Below, piece after piece: positions 11,251 to 23,770 of a stretch of 64,000 nt of DNA; position 1 is the stretch's first letter; each line of letters begins with the position of its first letter. This stretch comes from an uncultured Nitrososphaeraceae archaeon (GTDB lineage Archaea > Thermoproteota > Nitrososphaeria > Nitrososphaerales > Nitrososphaeraceae), in contig CAWGVG010000013.1 of assembly GCA_963825865.1 (NCBI GenBank), positions 1-64,000 of the forward strand, in the 5' to 3' direction. Below the pieces are notes generated by a model. The model was not told where the DNA came from, did no database searches, and worked only from the letters and a program-made list of their open reading frames with translations. A program made the translations under genes and the position numbers.

Positions 11251-13021
11251 TTAGAGTCATATTTTAAGACTTATCAATTTTGACACTTCTGCTCTTGTCT
11301 GCAAGATAATCTATAACGCTAACAGAGAGAATTGCTAAAGTGTGTGATTATCAAAACAAACGCCTTATGCTTTATCTTCGATGTCTGGATCGCCTTACTA
11401 AATTTTCTTTTAAACCAAACTCCCCCGCTCAATGGGATAATTAGTAAATTATATTTTAACATCAAGGCTTAATTAAATCTCACATTATAAATATGACTAC
11501 ATAGGTAAAGCTGTCTACAGGGTAGAACTGTCACTAAAACCCACTGTCTCTCTGCCTGAGTTATCAGACTTAGTAAGATTGCAAATCCTAACAGCGTGCT
11601 AGAAAAGAAGTTAGATCAACTAAATGAAAAGCATGATTCAATTCTTCCTACCCATTATACCTATCTTGCTAATTCTACCGCAATAGCCGTGCTGTTACGG
11701 CAAGAATGTGACGATAACAGAAAAAAGGATGGAATGAGACTGACAACATAGCGTTGCAAGTATAACTAGGGAGTAAAGATCATATTACTTGACTGCAACA
11801 TTATACGAATGCACTTAAACAAACGCTGTATTTCTGAACGTGGTACATTCATTGAATTGTGCGCGCGCCATATTAACACCTGTATTAGAATTATCGTTTT
11901 CGAGATTGTAATGATGTCGAGACACATAAGGCAATATGTGAATGTTGCCTTACTGCGTTTAGACTTACTTTGCGGTGCATCGCATACATTGGGTTCTTTC
12001 TTAAGGCAATGGTTCGTAGTCCATTTATAGTTTCTGGGTTTAGGTTAATCAAAACATTTCTGTGTGTTAAAGGCCTTTGCTTCTTGAATTAGAGTAATTT
12101 TTAATTGAGAGTGCTTTGTGCCAGATGCTTTTTGGGTGTTTTCAACTATTATATTGTAATTTCCCATTTGGACTATCAACATAACAATCATATTTTAAAC
12201 TTATCACGTAGGGTAATTTTATAATATTAATCTTCTGAGACAGGCTCTATTGCTATTATTACTTACATAATCTTTACAATTGTCATGCTGACCATACCTA
12301 ATGACTAATTGCGCTCAATCACAAACAGCCCTACCATTTATTATTATTATGAAAATCGTGTGCCTCTGCTACCGCTGCTGATCTGTAACAACGTTTGACA
12401 AGCCCCTTGAGCTGCGTCTGATACAAATGACCATTAGCTCTTGGCTAATGAGATATTAGAGTAAGAGCAAATTTTTAATATGATGCTGATTGATTAGTCA
12501 AATGGCCTATGTCTATTTGGTTGTTTGTCGACAATGATTCCAGACATGATTTAAACATGGCATAAGATGAGTTGCCTTGTACACATCTTTCTAATTGGTA
12601 AATCCCTGAGGATGGTACTGTAACGTTAGTATTATTGATACTATTTGTTAAGGTCTGAAATAGCATATTTGAAAATGATATAAGATCTAATACCTTAATT
12701 AAAAAGGGCTTATAGATTGATATTTAAAATCTGCAGAGGTAGCAGTGAAAACATGCAGTATCATCCATCATTATAATAGATTCTCAAGAAGAATTGAAAC
12801 AGAAAAATGTGTGTAAAAAAAAATAGGAGTTCTTTTATCTTTTTATCCTCTGTTATCCTATTTCCTACGTTATCTACGCTATCTTGTCATATTTTCTTGC
12901 TAATTCTACCCACAGTTAATGCATTTATGCGTGAATGTAGAATTGGTGCAATACAGCTACTGACTGACCTATCCGCAAATGCTACGAAGACCTTATAGCC
13001 AACTAAGACCATAGAATATAT

Positions 13022-13237
13022 ATGATGGGTTTCTTACAGCGTGAGAAAAACCATTGCAAACTATGTAACGAAAGGTTTGATAAGCAAGAAGAATTGGTTC
13101 AACACGCAAAAAAGGTGCATCGTCAACCTATTACGAAATGCCGCAATTGTGGAATGGAATTCTTACATGAAGAAGATAGGCTACATCATGTAAAACAAGA
13201 AAAGGAAAGAAAGACAGATGTACGTAGACATAGATAG
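13022..13237 (+). CDS. Small C2H2 zinc-finger protein
   Basis: CKLC-x12-HAKKVH and CRNC-x11-HH. Confidence 0.75.
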   Translation: MMGFLQREKNHCKLCNERFDKQEELVQHAKKVHRQPITKCRNCGMEFLHEEDRLHHVKQEKERKTDVRRHR

Positions 13238-14425
13238 AAAATCATGACATTATATTTAGTAAACCTGTAGAAAGCATATAGTAAATAATGATTAGAGAAA
13301 CCTTTTTAATTGTTTTATGGCCTGCATAAATTAGAATGTTTTAAGCACTGATATCTGTTCAAATCAATGTGGAAGATATTGTTCTCAGCGAGCGCCATTT
13401 AATCTTATTAAAATTATATGTTTACGTTCAATGATTGATATTGTTATGTATCGACATAAACTACTTAAAAAATGCATGCAGAGGAATCGCTAGACAACAC
13501 ATAAGGAACTAGAACAAAATGTATATTTAATTTAAATTGTATTTTTATAGCGACTATGTGCTCAGCCAACGAGACAGTAAATAGGTCGCTATTAGTTTGA
13601 ATGATAAAGATACCCAAGTTATAACATAAAGTTATAATAGGTTATAGAAAGTATTACCAGCCAATAGCAGTATAACTAATGAACAGAGTCAACTTACCGT
13701 AGGATAAAAGTCCTTTCTTTTCTCTCTTAAGACTTTATTTAAAATACTATTATTTATTAAAAAATTTATCTCGCAAGTGCGCTGACATGAGCTTGTTACA
13801 ATTTACTTTATAAGATCATTTTGAAGGCTTTAGTTAGAATAAGGGTGTCTTTATTTCCTTATAACTTGTTCCAACATACCACGCAATTTTATTATCAACA
13901 AGATCAATGATATCTGTAATACACTTAGGCATGTTTGCTTGCGACCTTTCTCAACAGGAGACTAAAGCAATAACCGAGGCAGTTATGATCTGAATAGAGC
14001 TTCAAAATGTATATCTACTTATTGGGCCATAAAAACATTAATGAATTGAAATATATTCTCTTTCAGCGGTATGGCTATTGGCAGCGGCATTATTTTTTGC
14101 TTCAGGTCATATGATTGGAAATTCAAGAAGCTTCTATTACTAGAGGAAGAAGCATATAGATAAGTACGTATCAATGGCTATCAAATGATAATTCAATTGA
14201 TCTTCTTTAAACCTAAAGTCACTATGCAATAACGATCACGGACATTATAACAGCAGAATTTCTCCAGCTGTACACACACTTGAGGCACTCTCTTGAGTCA
14301 ATAGCGAAAAGTGGATATAAAATGCTGGATTTATCCATAGAAAGACAAATATACATACATGGCGATAAAAAATAACACAAACCATGAATAATGATTTTAC
14401 TGCTGTTTGCCATATTGAAAGTGCA

Positions 14426-14620
14426 ATGGACAAATACATCCGAAATATTCCTGCAATGAATAAAGCAACAGCATATGAATATCACTTCAGATTAACGAAT
14501 TTCGAAAATTTCAGATTGGAAAAATACAACATTAAGTGCAAAGATGGTGTTAAAGATGTTTAATGATGTCTTAAGTAATTATATTCATTATCTACAGAGT
14601 AATAGCAATGTTTCAGCAAA
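14426..14620 (+). pseudogene. Possible tyrosine integrase N-terminal (core-binding) remnant
   Basis: MDKYIRNIPAMNKATAYEYHFRLTNFENF...DVLSNYIHYLQ; truncated by a GC-rich segment. Confidence 0.4.
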
Positions 14621-15420
14621 TGTCCCACGCTCAACGGCGGAAACATCATTACTCGTCACTCAACATCTGTGAAGAGACGAATCATTTGCTTATTGCGAAA
14701 TAGATGCGGAACTGAACAACTAGGACTCCAGCCCCGAAAATAGACTACTAGCGCCCGGGGATGGTTGACGAGCCGAAAGGCTCAAGAAAGAATATCGAGA
14801 GTTGAAGGAGAACGCGTTGACGGACGCAAGCAAGGGTGTCATCGCCGACCGCATCGCGAAGGGAGTGCCTATCATCACAAAGGGCACGTTATCTGCGTGG
14901 GTAGCCTTCAAAGAGAAGGACTATATGGGCATGTCCGCAGCGCTGATGGACACCTGCTCTGGTCTTGCCATCCTAAGCCTGTCCCACCCTTTCAGAATAT
15001 TATGACAATGCCCAGCAATATCATGCATCGCATAAAACTGTCGGTTTAGCGGGCCCCATCTCTCCATCAGGATTCCAACGTCCTAATGGCGGGGAAGGTA
15101 ATCTTGGAGCCCTCCCATGCAAAGAACATCCTCCTTCTCTTAACAATGACCCTCCTGGAGCTTTATCTGGCTTACAACAACAAAACCCTGTTGATACAAC
15201 TGATATAGTACATCCAAACAATTATCCTACTGTTGTACATCCTTATGGAGATGATACAAAGAACTAAAAACCGTGTTCAATGTCATGTAACAGATCATAG
15301 TTTATTTGTCTGTAACAATGTGTTATTGTGTTTTTATAGATAAGACAATTCTTATTAGTAAAGAATAATGAATAATATTGCAAGAGTTGGACTTATTGTG
15401 ATTCGCGAGATGAAAATCAA

Positions 15421-15588
15421 GTGGAAAAGAGGTTAACATCATTAAGACCGTTTGCTGAACACAAAGGCAAAACAAAATTCTGTGCTCACTGCGGTAATGT
15501 AGCTACTCAAGAAGCCTTGTTTAAGGTAGATGAGGGTATCACTCTTATAGAAAGATACTGTGACACATGCGCAAAGAAGGTAAAGTAA
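15421..15588 (+). CDS. Small zinc-ribbon protein (below ORF-track cutoff)
   Basis: GTG start, VEKRLTSLRPF...FCAHCGNVATQEALF...IERYCDTCAKKVK*; two CxxC motifs. Confidence 0.65.
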   Translation: MEKRLTSLRPFAEHKGKTKFCAHCGNVATQEALFKVDEGITLIERYCDTCAKKVK

Positions 15589-15767
15589 TGGAAGCCTGTT
15601 CGTAGGGACTTGCTTATCTAATTGCTATTGTTAATGTGTGCTAGGCCTACCGCTGTCCGAAAAACAGAAGACACTTTCAGAATTTTTAGGTTAGTTTATA
15701 CGTACTAACATCGAGTACATCAGTATATAGAAATAAATACATATACAATTTTTAAGCTATATATTTA

Positions 15768-16276
15768 ATGAACAACCACAAAATAATCTTGCCTGCCGCT
15801 GTTGTTATGACTATGTTTGTTGTATGGTCACTATTATTACTACTACCTAGCTTGGTGGTCCCAAGTTCTACTATTATCCAGAAGGCAAAGGCAGAAAATA
15901 CTACTACTAATGCAACAATACCAACCAATGCAAATATCACATTAGGAAGTCCAATTTTCACAGAGGTAGTGGGATGATAAAGGTGTAAACTTTACAGATA
16001 CAGGAACGGCGTTGATAGTTTTGAGGCCTGATGGATATTCAGATATTCTAGGAAAGGCTGTTATAGCTACCATTGATGGCAGTGAAAAAGGATCTTACAC
16101 TTTGGTACTCGATAGGACATGCTTATGCCAATGGGACAATAAAAGATAACGGTGCTGCATTTTTCCATACAAACTCCACTGGCAAACTTGCTATTGCTAA
16201 CAACCTTGTAGTTGTATTCAGAGATCAGGTAGACAAAGCGGGAAATGGTTTGACTGTAGGCTGGGAATGGAAGTAA
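15768..16276 (+). pseudogene. Secreted beta-rich protein, frameshifted
   Basis: Signal peptide 15768-15977 plus downstream frame ending GNGLTVGWEWK*. Confidence 0.55.
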
Positions 16277-16553
16277 AAAATACAGCACATATCTAGGATC
16301 AACAATTCATTCAATCTAACGATCCTGATAGAGAGTAGCAACATCGGCGCATTATCCAAAATCATTACCTTGCATGTTGAAGAGACATATCCTGTGATTG
16401 AAAAACAACCTGCAAAAATACAGGACAAGTACAAGAAAGGAAGACAAGATAATCGAAAGGTGTTGATAGATAGCATCTGCTGGCCAGAATTAGCAGTAAT
16501 AAAATAGTCAAGAATAAATTGAGTTAAACTTATGCCAAAACAATTGCAAGGAT

Positions 16554-17163
16554 ATGATGATAATAGGAGCGGGCTGTAACGAAATACAAGTTTATTTCGA
16601 TGGCTTATGTCAGCCATACAATCCGGGCGGAATAGCTTGCTATGCCTTTCTAATATTAGCAAAAAAAGGACAAGAACAGGCAGCAGTATAGTGAGTATGG
16701 CCTTGCTGCAGAGCCTTTTGCAGATAACGCTAGTAACAACGTGGCAGAATATACAGGTATTATCAAGGCTTTAGACTGGTTGTTAGAATACAATTACAAT
16801 GATCAAAAGATCATAATTAGAGGGGATTCACAACTTGTCATAAATCAAATAAAAGGCAAATACAAAGTTAGGGCTGTGAAGATAATTCCTCTATATCAGA
16901 AAGTAAAGTCCATTATATCAAAATTCAAAGATATCAAAATTGAATGGATACCACGGGATAAAAACAAAGAGGCTGATAAACTGTCTAACAAGGCATATCA
17001 AGAAATATTAGAAAGTGATCCTAAGCTACTACAAAAGATTAGCCAACATATGGCTACAGAGGAGCAGTTAGAGTTATTAAAAAGTCAAGGAATAACTCCT
17101 GAAAAGTATCTTAGCAAAATTGAAGCCAAGAGATTAGTCTCAAAAATATCGAAGCAACAGTAA
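16554..17163 (+). CDS. rnhA: Ribonuclease HI (archaeal/RNase_HI-like) with C-terminal extension; 1-bp frameshift at ~16680
   Basis: EIQVYFDGLCQPYNPGG upstream of the called ORF; SNNVAEY, RGDSQLV, WIPRDKNKEADKLS. Confidence 0.85.
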
Positions 17164-17883
17164 CATCGCGTTTCTCTCTCTGGTTACGCCTATCTATCGT
17201 TGGGCGGTGTTGGTGCACGTTTCTGAGGATTGTACCCACTTTTAGAAGTTAATTTCTCCTATCTTGCCATTACGATAATCTTCTAGCGCTTCGTAATAAT
17301 CTTTTCTGCCTCGATCAGCTTGTGTAGAATTAGGGATTTCTCTCGATAGAATTAGAATAATCGTAAACAGAATCAGCATCACTACATATTTTTGATATAT
17401 AATAGTAGGTTATAGCAAATATTATTACTATATGCTATGTGGCTAGTTCCTTTGTGTTATGTTGTTGTAAGAGTTGAACTTGAATCCAATGGAGGCTTGT
17501 ACGTTATTACTGTTCTTCACAACATGAGTGAGAAATGGTCTCTATTTCTTAAGTATGTAATGGAAGAAGGTATACTATTAGATATGAATCCAAACTTATA
17601 GATAGTAGTTATTGAAACCAATTTTAGCATATTTCCAGGTACAAAAATACTAAAGGATTCATCACCAGCTTTAGCAAATATGCACATCAAAAAAGGAGAA
17701 GCTAGCGCATATTAGTACGCAAGCAGATTCGAGACTTGATTGTAACTTGAGATTTTCCTATTTACTGCACTCATTAAGAACTGAAATAGAAAATCAAGGT
17801 TCGTTAGATAAGGAAGCAACTTTATTTAATGATATACTAGTAGTGTTACGAGATATACGATCCGAAAGTAATAGGAGGATAAG

Positions 17884-18059
17884 ATGGAAAACTTAGCTAG
17901 AAGTTATGCAGAGGCTGGTGTGGATACAAAAAAAGAAGATTCAGTAATGAAGAGAATCAAACCACTGTTTGAACAGACTTTCAAAAATAGAAAAGGACTG
18001 ATCGGAGAAAGCCTACTGGAAGAAATAAAGCATTATGTTGCCCTTAAAGGCTTATCTTA
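17884..18059 (+). pseudogene. purM: Truncated N-terminus of PurM (AIR synthetase)
   Basis: MENLARSYAEAGVDTKKED...; ends after ~55 aa. Confidence 0.55.
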
Positions 18060-18196
18060 AAGTTTAACCTATGATACATATACTGCATTGAGCATAAGAG
18101 AGCGGATCTCCTCAGTCTATAAAATCTCGGATCGATATTTTTGGGAATATACCATTATCGATTCCCAGCTAGAAAACAAGATATGTATTTTTTAGA

Positions 18197-18950
18197 TTAT
18201 TGTATTAGAGGATTCTCAATTGGATTTTGTATTATCCATCGATATGCATCCGTCAACTGATTCACCATTAACATAATGTTATCGCATGCTTTTTTATTAT
18301 TCAGATAGTGTAAATTACTATATCCACAGACCCCAAGTGGGTATCTTGTTGTCTCATTCATTTTATACAAGCATGGATATAGATTCATTATACCGTTCAA
18401 GAACTTAAGGAAATTGCGGTCATACTCTTTAAACGTATTAGGTTTCTGTTCACACAGAAGCCTAACTGCTCGCGTTCCCCTTCCATAAATGTACCATTTT
18501 TCGCCAGTAAAGTTTGCAAAATCTTCAATATTTTTTACATAGTTCTTATCCAACTGTATATTCCTGAAATTATCCAATTTTTTTATATATTTCTCTACTT
18601 GTGTTACAAGTTGTTCATATCTCTGAATGTATCTGAGCTTCAGATGCATACTGGATATTTGCCTTCTGAGAATATTTCTTCTTCTCAACATTAGCTATAT
18701 CTATGAGCAGATTTAAGCAGGCATCTTCAATTTCATGACTGATTTTTGTAACATCTAGATATACGGAGTCAGGATTGTTACCTTCTACCTTTGTTTTAAC
18801 GAGTATATAATATGATTTTATGGTTTTTTCAAAAGCCTGACAAAATTGATATAGTGATTGGACATAGTATCCATGTCTATGAAAAACCTTTGCTGTCCTG
18901 ATATTGTCCTCTGCAAATTCAAAGAACCTAAGGTGCAACTCGTTATTCAT
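18197..18950 (-). CDS. HEPN domain protein split by a frameshift
   Basis: AEDNIRTAKVF..GYY..SLYQFCQAFEKTIKS..ISHEI at the N-terminus and TTRYP motif in the downstream ORF. Confidence 0.7.
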
Positions 18951-19163
18951 TTTGCACTTGTAGTATAATGACTCTAGTATGAGATAAAAAGCATTAGCAA
19001 AATAGAAATGTTCTGAAGATTTGAAGTAGTATTAATTGAAAGCGCTTAACACTGAACTCTTGCTGACGGCTAAATCTGACTTGAGTTCAGCACATCTTCT
19101 TCTAGTGAAAATCGTGCTCAAAATGAACAGTTAAGGCGATCAGGCGATACAGGCGATATTTGC

Positions 19164-19290
19164 TCAGAAGATATAATTGTCATTACCATAATCATTACCC
19201 AATTCCTTATTCTTTGGTGTATGATCGGCAATGTATTTTTTGTTTAATTTCTTGCTTTCGGGGTCTTTCCAATAAGCATAAGTCACGGAT
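19164..19290 (-). pseudogene. Partial duplicate of the DUF6788-like C-terminus
   Basis: YAYWKDPESKKLNKKYIADH versus YAYWKDPQSKKLKKKYIGDH. Confidence 0.7.
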
Positions 19291-19338
19291 CTTAAAATTA
19301 TTGTCATCCGAAGAAGAATAAATAAGCAATTAGTCAAA

Positions 19339-19680
19339 CTAGTTTCTGTATTTTTTACCTCTCTTACGATTATAAACACGCTCAATTGCATATTTTATTT
19401 CCTCATCTGAGAATCCCTTTTTTCGCATATCATTCATTAACATGCTTTGAGCCCACATGCTTGCTATATCTTTAGTATTATTAATAGTAGGCTCACAATT
19501 ATAATATCTATAACCTCTGACCCATGTAATAGCTATTTTCATTCGTTCTTGATTACTCAGTTTGTCGAAATCCTGATCATAATCAAAAGTATATGGATTT
19601 AATGATTTTTCAACTAACTTCATTTCTTCTGGAGTTAAATCTCCCATCTTTTTGTTTCCTATTTCCTTAGGGAGCTTCAT
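19339..19680 (-). CDS. Hypothetical protein
   Basis: Intact 113-aa ORF co-oriented with neighbours. Confidence 0.55.
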   Translation of the reverse strand: MKLPKEIGNKKMGDLTPEEMKLVEKSLNPYTFDYDQDFDKLSNQERMKIAITWVRGYRYYNCEPTINNTKDIASMWAQSMLMNDMRKKGFSDEEIKYAIERVYNRKRGKKYRN

Positions 19681-19724
19681 TTTTTATTATCCTTCTTTTC
19701 CCTGTCTCCTTATTTCACATACAC

Positions 19725-20063
19725 CTACAATATCTGTCTATTAGTAGAAGAATCATCATTCGATTCCTTATCCAGTGGCATATGGTCGCCAATGTATTTT
19801 TTCTTCAACTTCTTACTTTGAGGATCTTTCCAATAAGCATAGTAGTAAGGTCCATGCTTTAGTTCGCAGACCTCCTTTCCGCACTTAATGTACTCTTTTC
19901 TTATTGTTGCGTTTTCAGGTATTGATTTAGACCTATTAGCACAAGCAAGCTGTCTTGATTTTATTTTATTTATGAACTTTGATGATTTCTCAATTGCCTT
20001 GTTAGCATTTGCAAGTACTTTTTCTAAGGAATTATGCTTATGTCCAAAAAGAGTCCTATCCAA
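19725..20063 (-). CDS. DUF6788-like protein
   Basis: KEYIKCGKEVCELKHGPYYYAYWKD...KKYIG. Confidence 0.7.
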   Translation of the reverse strand: MDRTLFGHKHNSLEKVLANANKAIEKSSKFINKIKSRQLACANRSKSIPENATIRKEYIKCGKEVCELKHGPYYYAYWKDPQSKKLKKKYIGDHMPLDKESNDDSSTNRQIL

Positions 20064-20140
20064 ATCAAATAATGGCTTCCGACTGTTCTCTTTGTAGAAT
20101 GACGCTAGCTCATTGAAATATGACGGAGAACGACCTTTAC

Positions 20141-20156
20141 AAAAAATCTTATATAG
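20141..20156 (+). promoter_or_regulatory. Putative archaeal BRE/TATA box upstream of dsbA (also at 32472-32486)
   Basis: AAAAAATCTTATATAG ~30 bp upstream of ATG 20184, at the start of the duplicated block. Confidence 0.5.
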
Positions 20157-22111
20157 TTCACCTTATCAACAAATGTTCTTAAAATGTCCTCTAGTGGAGA
20201 TGATAATAACAATATTGTAGATAGGAATGATAGTAATAGTAATAACAATATAATAACAATCAAACGGTCTACTTTTACGAAAATACTTGCAGTCGGTGTT
20301 GCTGCATTGATGGTTGCCTCATTCTTTGGTGGATATACATGGCGTAGTACATTTTATCCTAATACTATTTCTCCTGTAGTACAAGCTGGAAGTGTTGGTC
20401 AGCAGCAGCAGCAGGAGGAGAGCCTACATTAGCAGGACAAGGAGGGATGCAACAACAACAAATACCACCAATAACCAAGGTAGCATCAGTAAATACAGAC
20501 GGAGCTCCAACAAAAGGAAAAGCTGATGCACCTGTCACAATGGTAGAGTTTGCTGACTTTCAGTGTCCTTTCTGTAGCAGGTTTGCATCCGATACGCTAC
20601 AACAGTTAGTAAAGACTTATGTAGATACTGGCAAGATAAAGTTCGTATACAAAGAGTTCCCGTTACCATTTCATTCAAACTCGCAGCCAGCAGCAATGGC
20701 AGCTGAATGTGCCAACGAACAGGCCAAGTTCTGGCCATACCATGACAAGCTATATGCAACTCAAACCACATGGGACAACCAGGACTCTAACACTGTGAAA
20801 AATACATTCAAGCAGTATGCTGCATCTTTGGGATTAAATGCTGCTTCTTTCAACTCCTGTTTGGACTCCAGCAAATATTCAGATAAAATCCAAAAGCAAA
20901 GTAGCGAAGGTTCCCAGTATGGTGTTAGTGGCACTCCTACCTTCTATGTAGGAAATCAAAAAGCTGGCTACATGCAAATTGTAGGGGCACAGCCAGTATC
21001 AAGCTTTGAACAGCTAATAAAGCAAGTACAAGCTGGAAGTGCTTGACATCTGACTACAAAAGACGGAAAAGATAAGATTACAATTAACAAACGCACTCTT
21101 GTTTTATCCCTTGTAATTGTTGTGTCTCTTTCTGTCTTTCTTATCACATCAGGTCCATTATCCTCTTTACTATTATCACCAGTAAAAATAAAACAAGTAG
21201 TAGCACAACAGCAACATACTAGCAGACCACAACAACCATCCAGTCAATCGCAGTCATCGTCTTCCTCTTCCTCACCGACGATAACATCAACATCACCTTC
21301 AGCATCACTCACTCACTTACCAACTAATGATGTCTCACCGACAACAACATCTAGTTCTCCATCAGCATCACCATCTCCTAGACCACTCCAGAGCGACCAA
21401 TCTGCTACATCTGCGGCAGCTGCCGCAGCTGGCAAAAGAAAAACCAACTAAACCAACTAAACCACCAAAAGATGAAAAGTTCTGCCTAAAACATCCTTCT
21501 GATCCAAGCTGTGTTCTTCGTGGATGTGTTACTACATTCGAACCTACTGTCCAATATTACACTATTTCTGCTTCAAGTTTGGCTGATGCCTGGAATCAGG
21601 CCACGCATCACTTTCCAAACGCTCCAGGGAGGACAGGTCAAACTGAGTGGAATTTTATCGTTGATTTTAAACCGCCGGCAACTTGCATTTTAATCGTTAA
21701 AATAGTTACAACTCTTCCCGTTTGGCCAGGTGTCGAAAACCTTTGCAAAGAGGTACAAGATCCATGGAATATGGCTATAGAAGCATTGAGTCAAATACAT
21801 GAGCCAGGTCATGTAAATATAATACATGATTATTTCGATAACTTTGAGGTAAATCTAGAAGGAAAAACTCCAACTAGAGCTTTGGAGATAGTAAATCAAC
21901 AAAATGCTAAACTGACTGACGCTGAGACGGCATATGATGAATCAACATTAGATGGGCGGGCTCAAGGTGCATTCATTACCGATACAAGCATCACTTGTGA
22001 ATGTACTCCTCCGCCATCTCCTAGAGGAGCAGTTAGCCCTACTGCAACAACTGCTAATGGAATAGAATGCAATGGTCAATGTGTCGACCCATCTAGTCCA
22101 GATACTTGTGG
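20142..22111 (+). repeat. Copy 1 of ~1.97 kb near-identical direct repeat
   Basis: Matches 32472-34442 from AAAAATCTTATATAGTTCA to CCAGATACTTGTGG. Confidence 0.97.
20184..21046 (+). CDS. dsbA: Membrane-anchored DsbA/thioredoxin-fold disulfide oxidoreductase, copy 1 (frameshift in CAG tract ~20415)
   Basis: N-terminal TM helix, EFADFQCPFC, GVSGTPTF, GAQP. Confidence 0.92.
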
Positions 22112-22415
22112 AACTTGTAGTGATGTTTGTGCACCTACACAAGTTTGTGCTCCTGATAGTTCAGCTCCAGGTGGATTTGCATGCAAGGATCAACAACAAT
22201 GTCCTATACCCGGTCAACAACTCTGTCCTACAGGCTTAAATCCTGACGGGACCCCTCACCTTAGTTGCATAGACACCCTGAGAAATGCTAATAATTGTGG
22301 TGGCTGTGGTGTACAATGCCATGTTGGTGGTAGTAATGATTGCATAGACGGTTCATGTTGCGCACAAGTATCAAGGGATGGAACTCATTGCTGTCCTAGT
22401 GGTACTGTATGTTAG
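21049..22415 (+). CDS. Secreted DUF922-like HExxH protein with Ser/Thr linker and Cys-rich tail, copy 1 (frameshift ~21430; start approximate)
   Basis: Signal peptide, S/T/P linker, YYTISA...HEPGH...YDESTLDGRAQG, tail with CIDTLRNANNCGGCG. Confidence 0.8.
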
Positions 22416-23197
22416 ATAATAGCAATGTACTCTCAGTAAGAATTCGTTTAATGCAAATAACAGCTAGTGTAAAGTATTGACTTGTTATCCTTCGTTAGAC
22501 AAGTTTCTAACGATGGTACTCTGCTGTCCTGCTACTACTTCATGTCCATAGGAAATGAAACCGTTGGAATCTTGTTACCCATGTCAAAAAGCCTGTGTAG
22601 ACCATAGCACATTTACCACTGACCAAAATTGCTGCAGTTTTGGTAATAACTCTGGTGATGCTACCAAACATCCTTCAAATACTTAAAAATGGTCAACATA
22701 TAGTCCTGACCTATGCATTGCAAATCTATTATAGATATGGAGTAAACCATGTGTATGTGTATTGTTATATGTTAATGTTGGCTGTAGTAGTATGTGTTGT
22801 CAAAGAATAACTTGACAATACGTAACACAGAAGATTCGTAAGATGCCTTCTTTATCCAACCTCAATGAGGTCTTTGGAATAGGCAGTCATAAATAGAAAG
22901 TTCTAAGCTAAATACATTACTAATTCATAATACAATCGTTACCAATTAACTGTAACTGTACATTGATTAACAACATACAGACATAAAGTATACTAATTTT
23001 TCAGTTTCGTCATCTTGATAATTACTGTAGTTAGCACCATGGTGTTGTTCAGAAGCATTTTCTATTTCTTCTAGCACTAATTCATCTGATTCTATAGATT
23101 TTTCAAACGATGCAACTTTTGCTAAGTGTTGTTACAGGAATAAAAGAAGGATCAATCCCATGTGCTTTGAATTTATCTAGTTTTCTAAAGTTGAAAA

Positions 23198-23487
23198 AAC
23201 TAAAGCCAGTCTACTACCGCAGCAACTGCAACGAAGCCAATATTAAAAATTCCAAGTGGTGTGTGAAGTGTGGAATGATTTTGTAATTTTCAGGTTACCA
23301 AGAAGTACTACTTAAAGAACAAAGGCACAAATACAAGAAGAGAAGATTAACCTGATTGAAAAGAAGCAGCTTGAAGGACAAAGCAATCAATTAAAAGCTT
23401 TGATATCTGCACTGGGAAATATCAATGATCAGAGCCAAGTGGCACAAACATTATACAGCTCTGGTATTTTGAATGTCTCTTCGTAGT
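23198..23487 (+). pseudogene. Degraded tyrosine-integrase C-terminal zinc ribbon/coiled coil
   Basis: NCNEANIKNSKWCVKCGMIL*FSGYQE...LISALGNINDQSQVAQTLYSSGILN matches 48020-48330. Confidence 0.65.
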
Positions 23488-23599
23488 CATCAAAAAAGAT
23501 GTAAGCAAGAAATGAATCATTATTGTAAGTAGCAGCTCCTAAATCAAGGCATCTTGTGATCGTGTGTCTGTGTTAGCCAGTTTCTAACTAGTAGAGCTA

Positions 23600-23770
23600 C
23601 AATAGCTGCAATATTTTAGATTGTGTTTACTTCCATTGACCAGCTGCCTATTCTTTCTCACCAGGTACTGGCTTTTTATATACCAAAAGATGCTATAGCA
23701 GATTTTATTCTTTCAAACATATCTGCAATTCTTTTGGGTATAGTTATTAGCATCAACATATATGTATTAA
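23600..23770 (+). pseudogene. Membrane-protein fragment, paralog of 26470-26592 on the opposite strand
   Basis: FTSIDQL..FS...LAFY.PKDAIADFI occurs in both places. Confidence 0.6.

Noticed and set aside
11255-11400. Possible DUF47/PhoU remnant upstream of pit
   Set aside because: Too degraded to support from sequence alone
19164-19850. Short diverged repeat as DGR template/variable pair
   Set aside because: Mismatches are not adenine-specific and no reverse transcriptase is present
20400-20425. CAG tract in dsbA as a phase-variation switch
   Set aside because: Triplet-unit changes keep frame; the 1-bp indels fit the GCWGC error pattern
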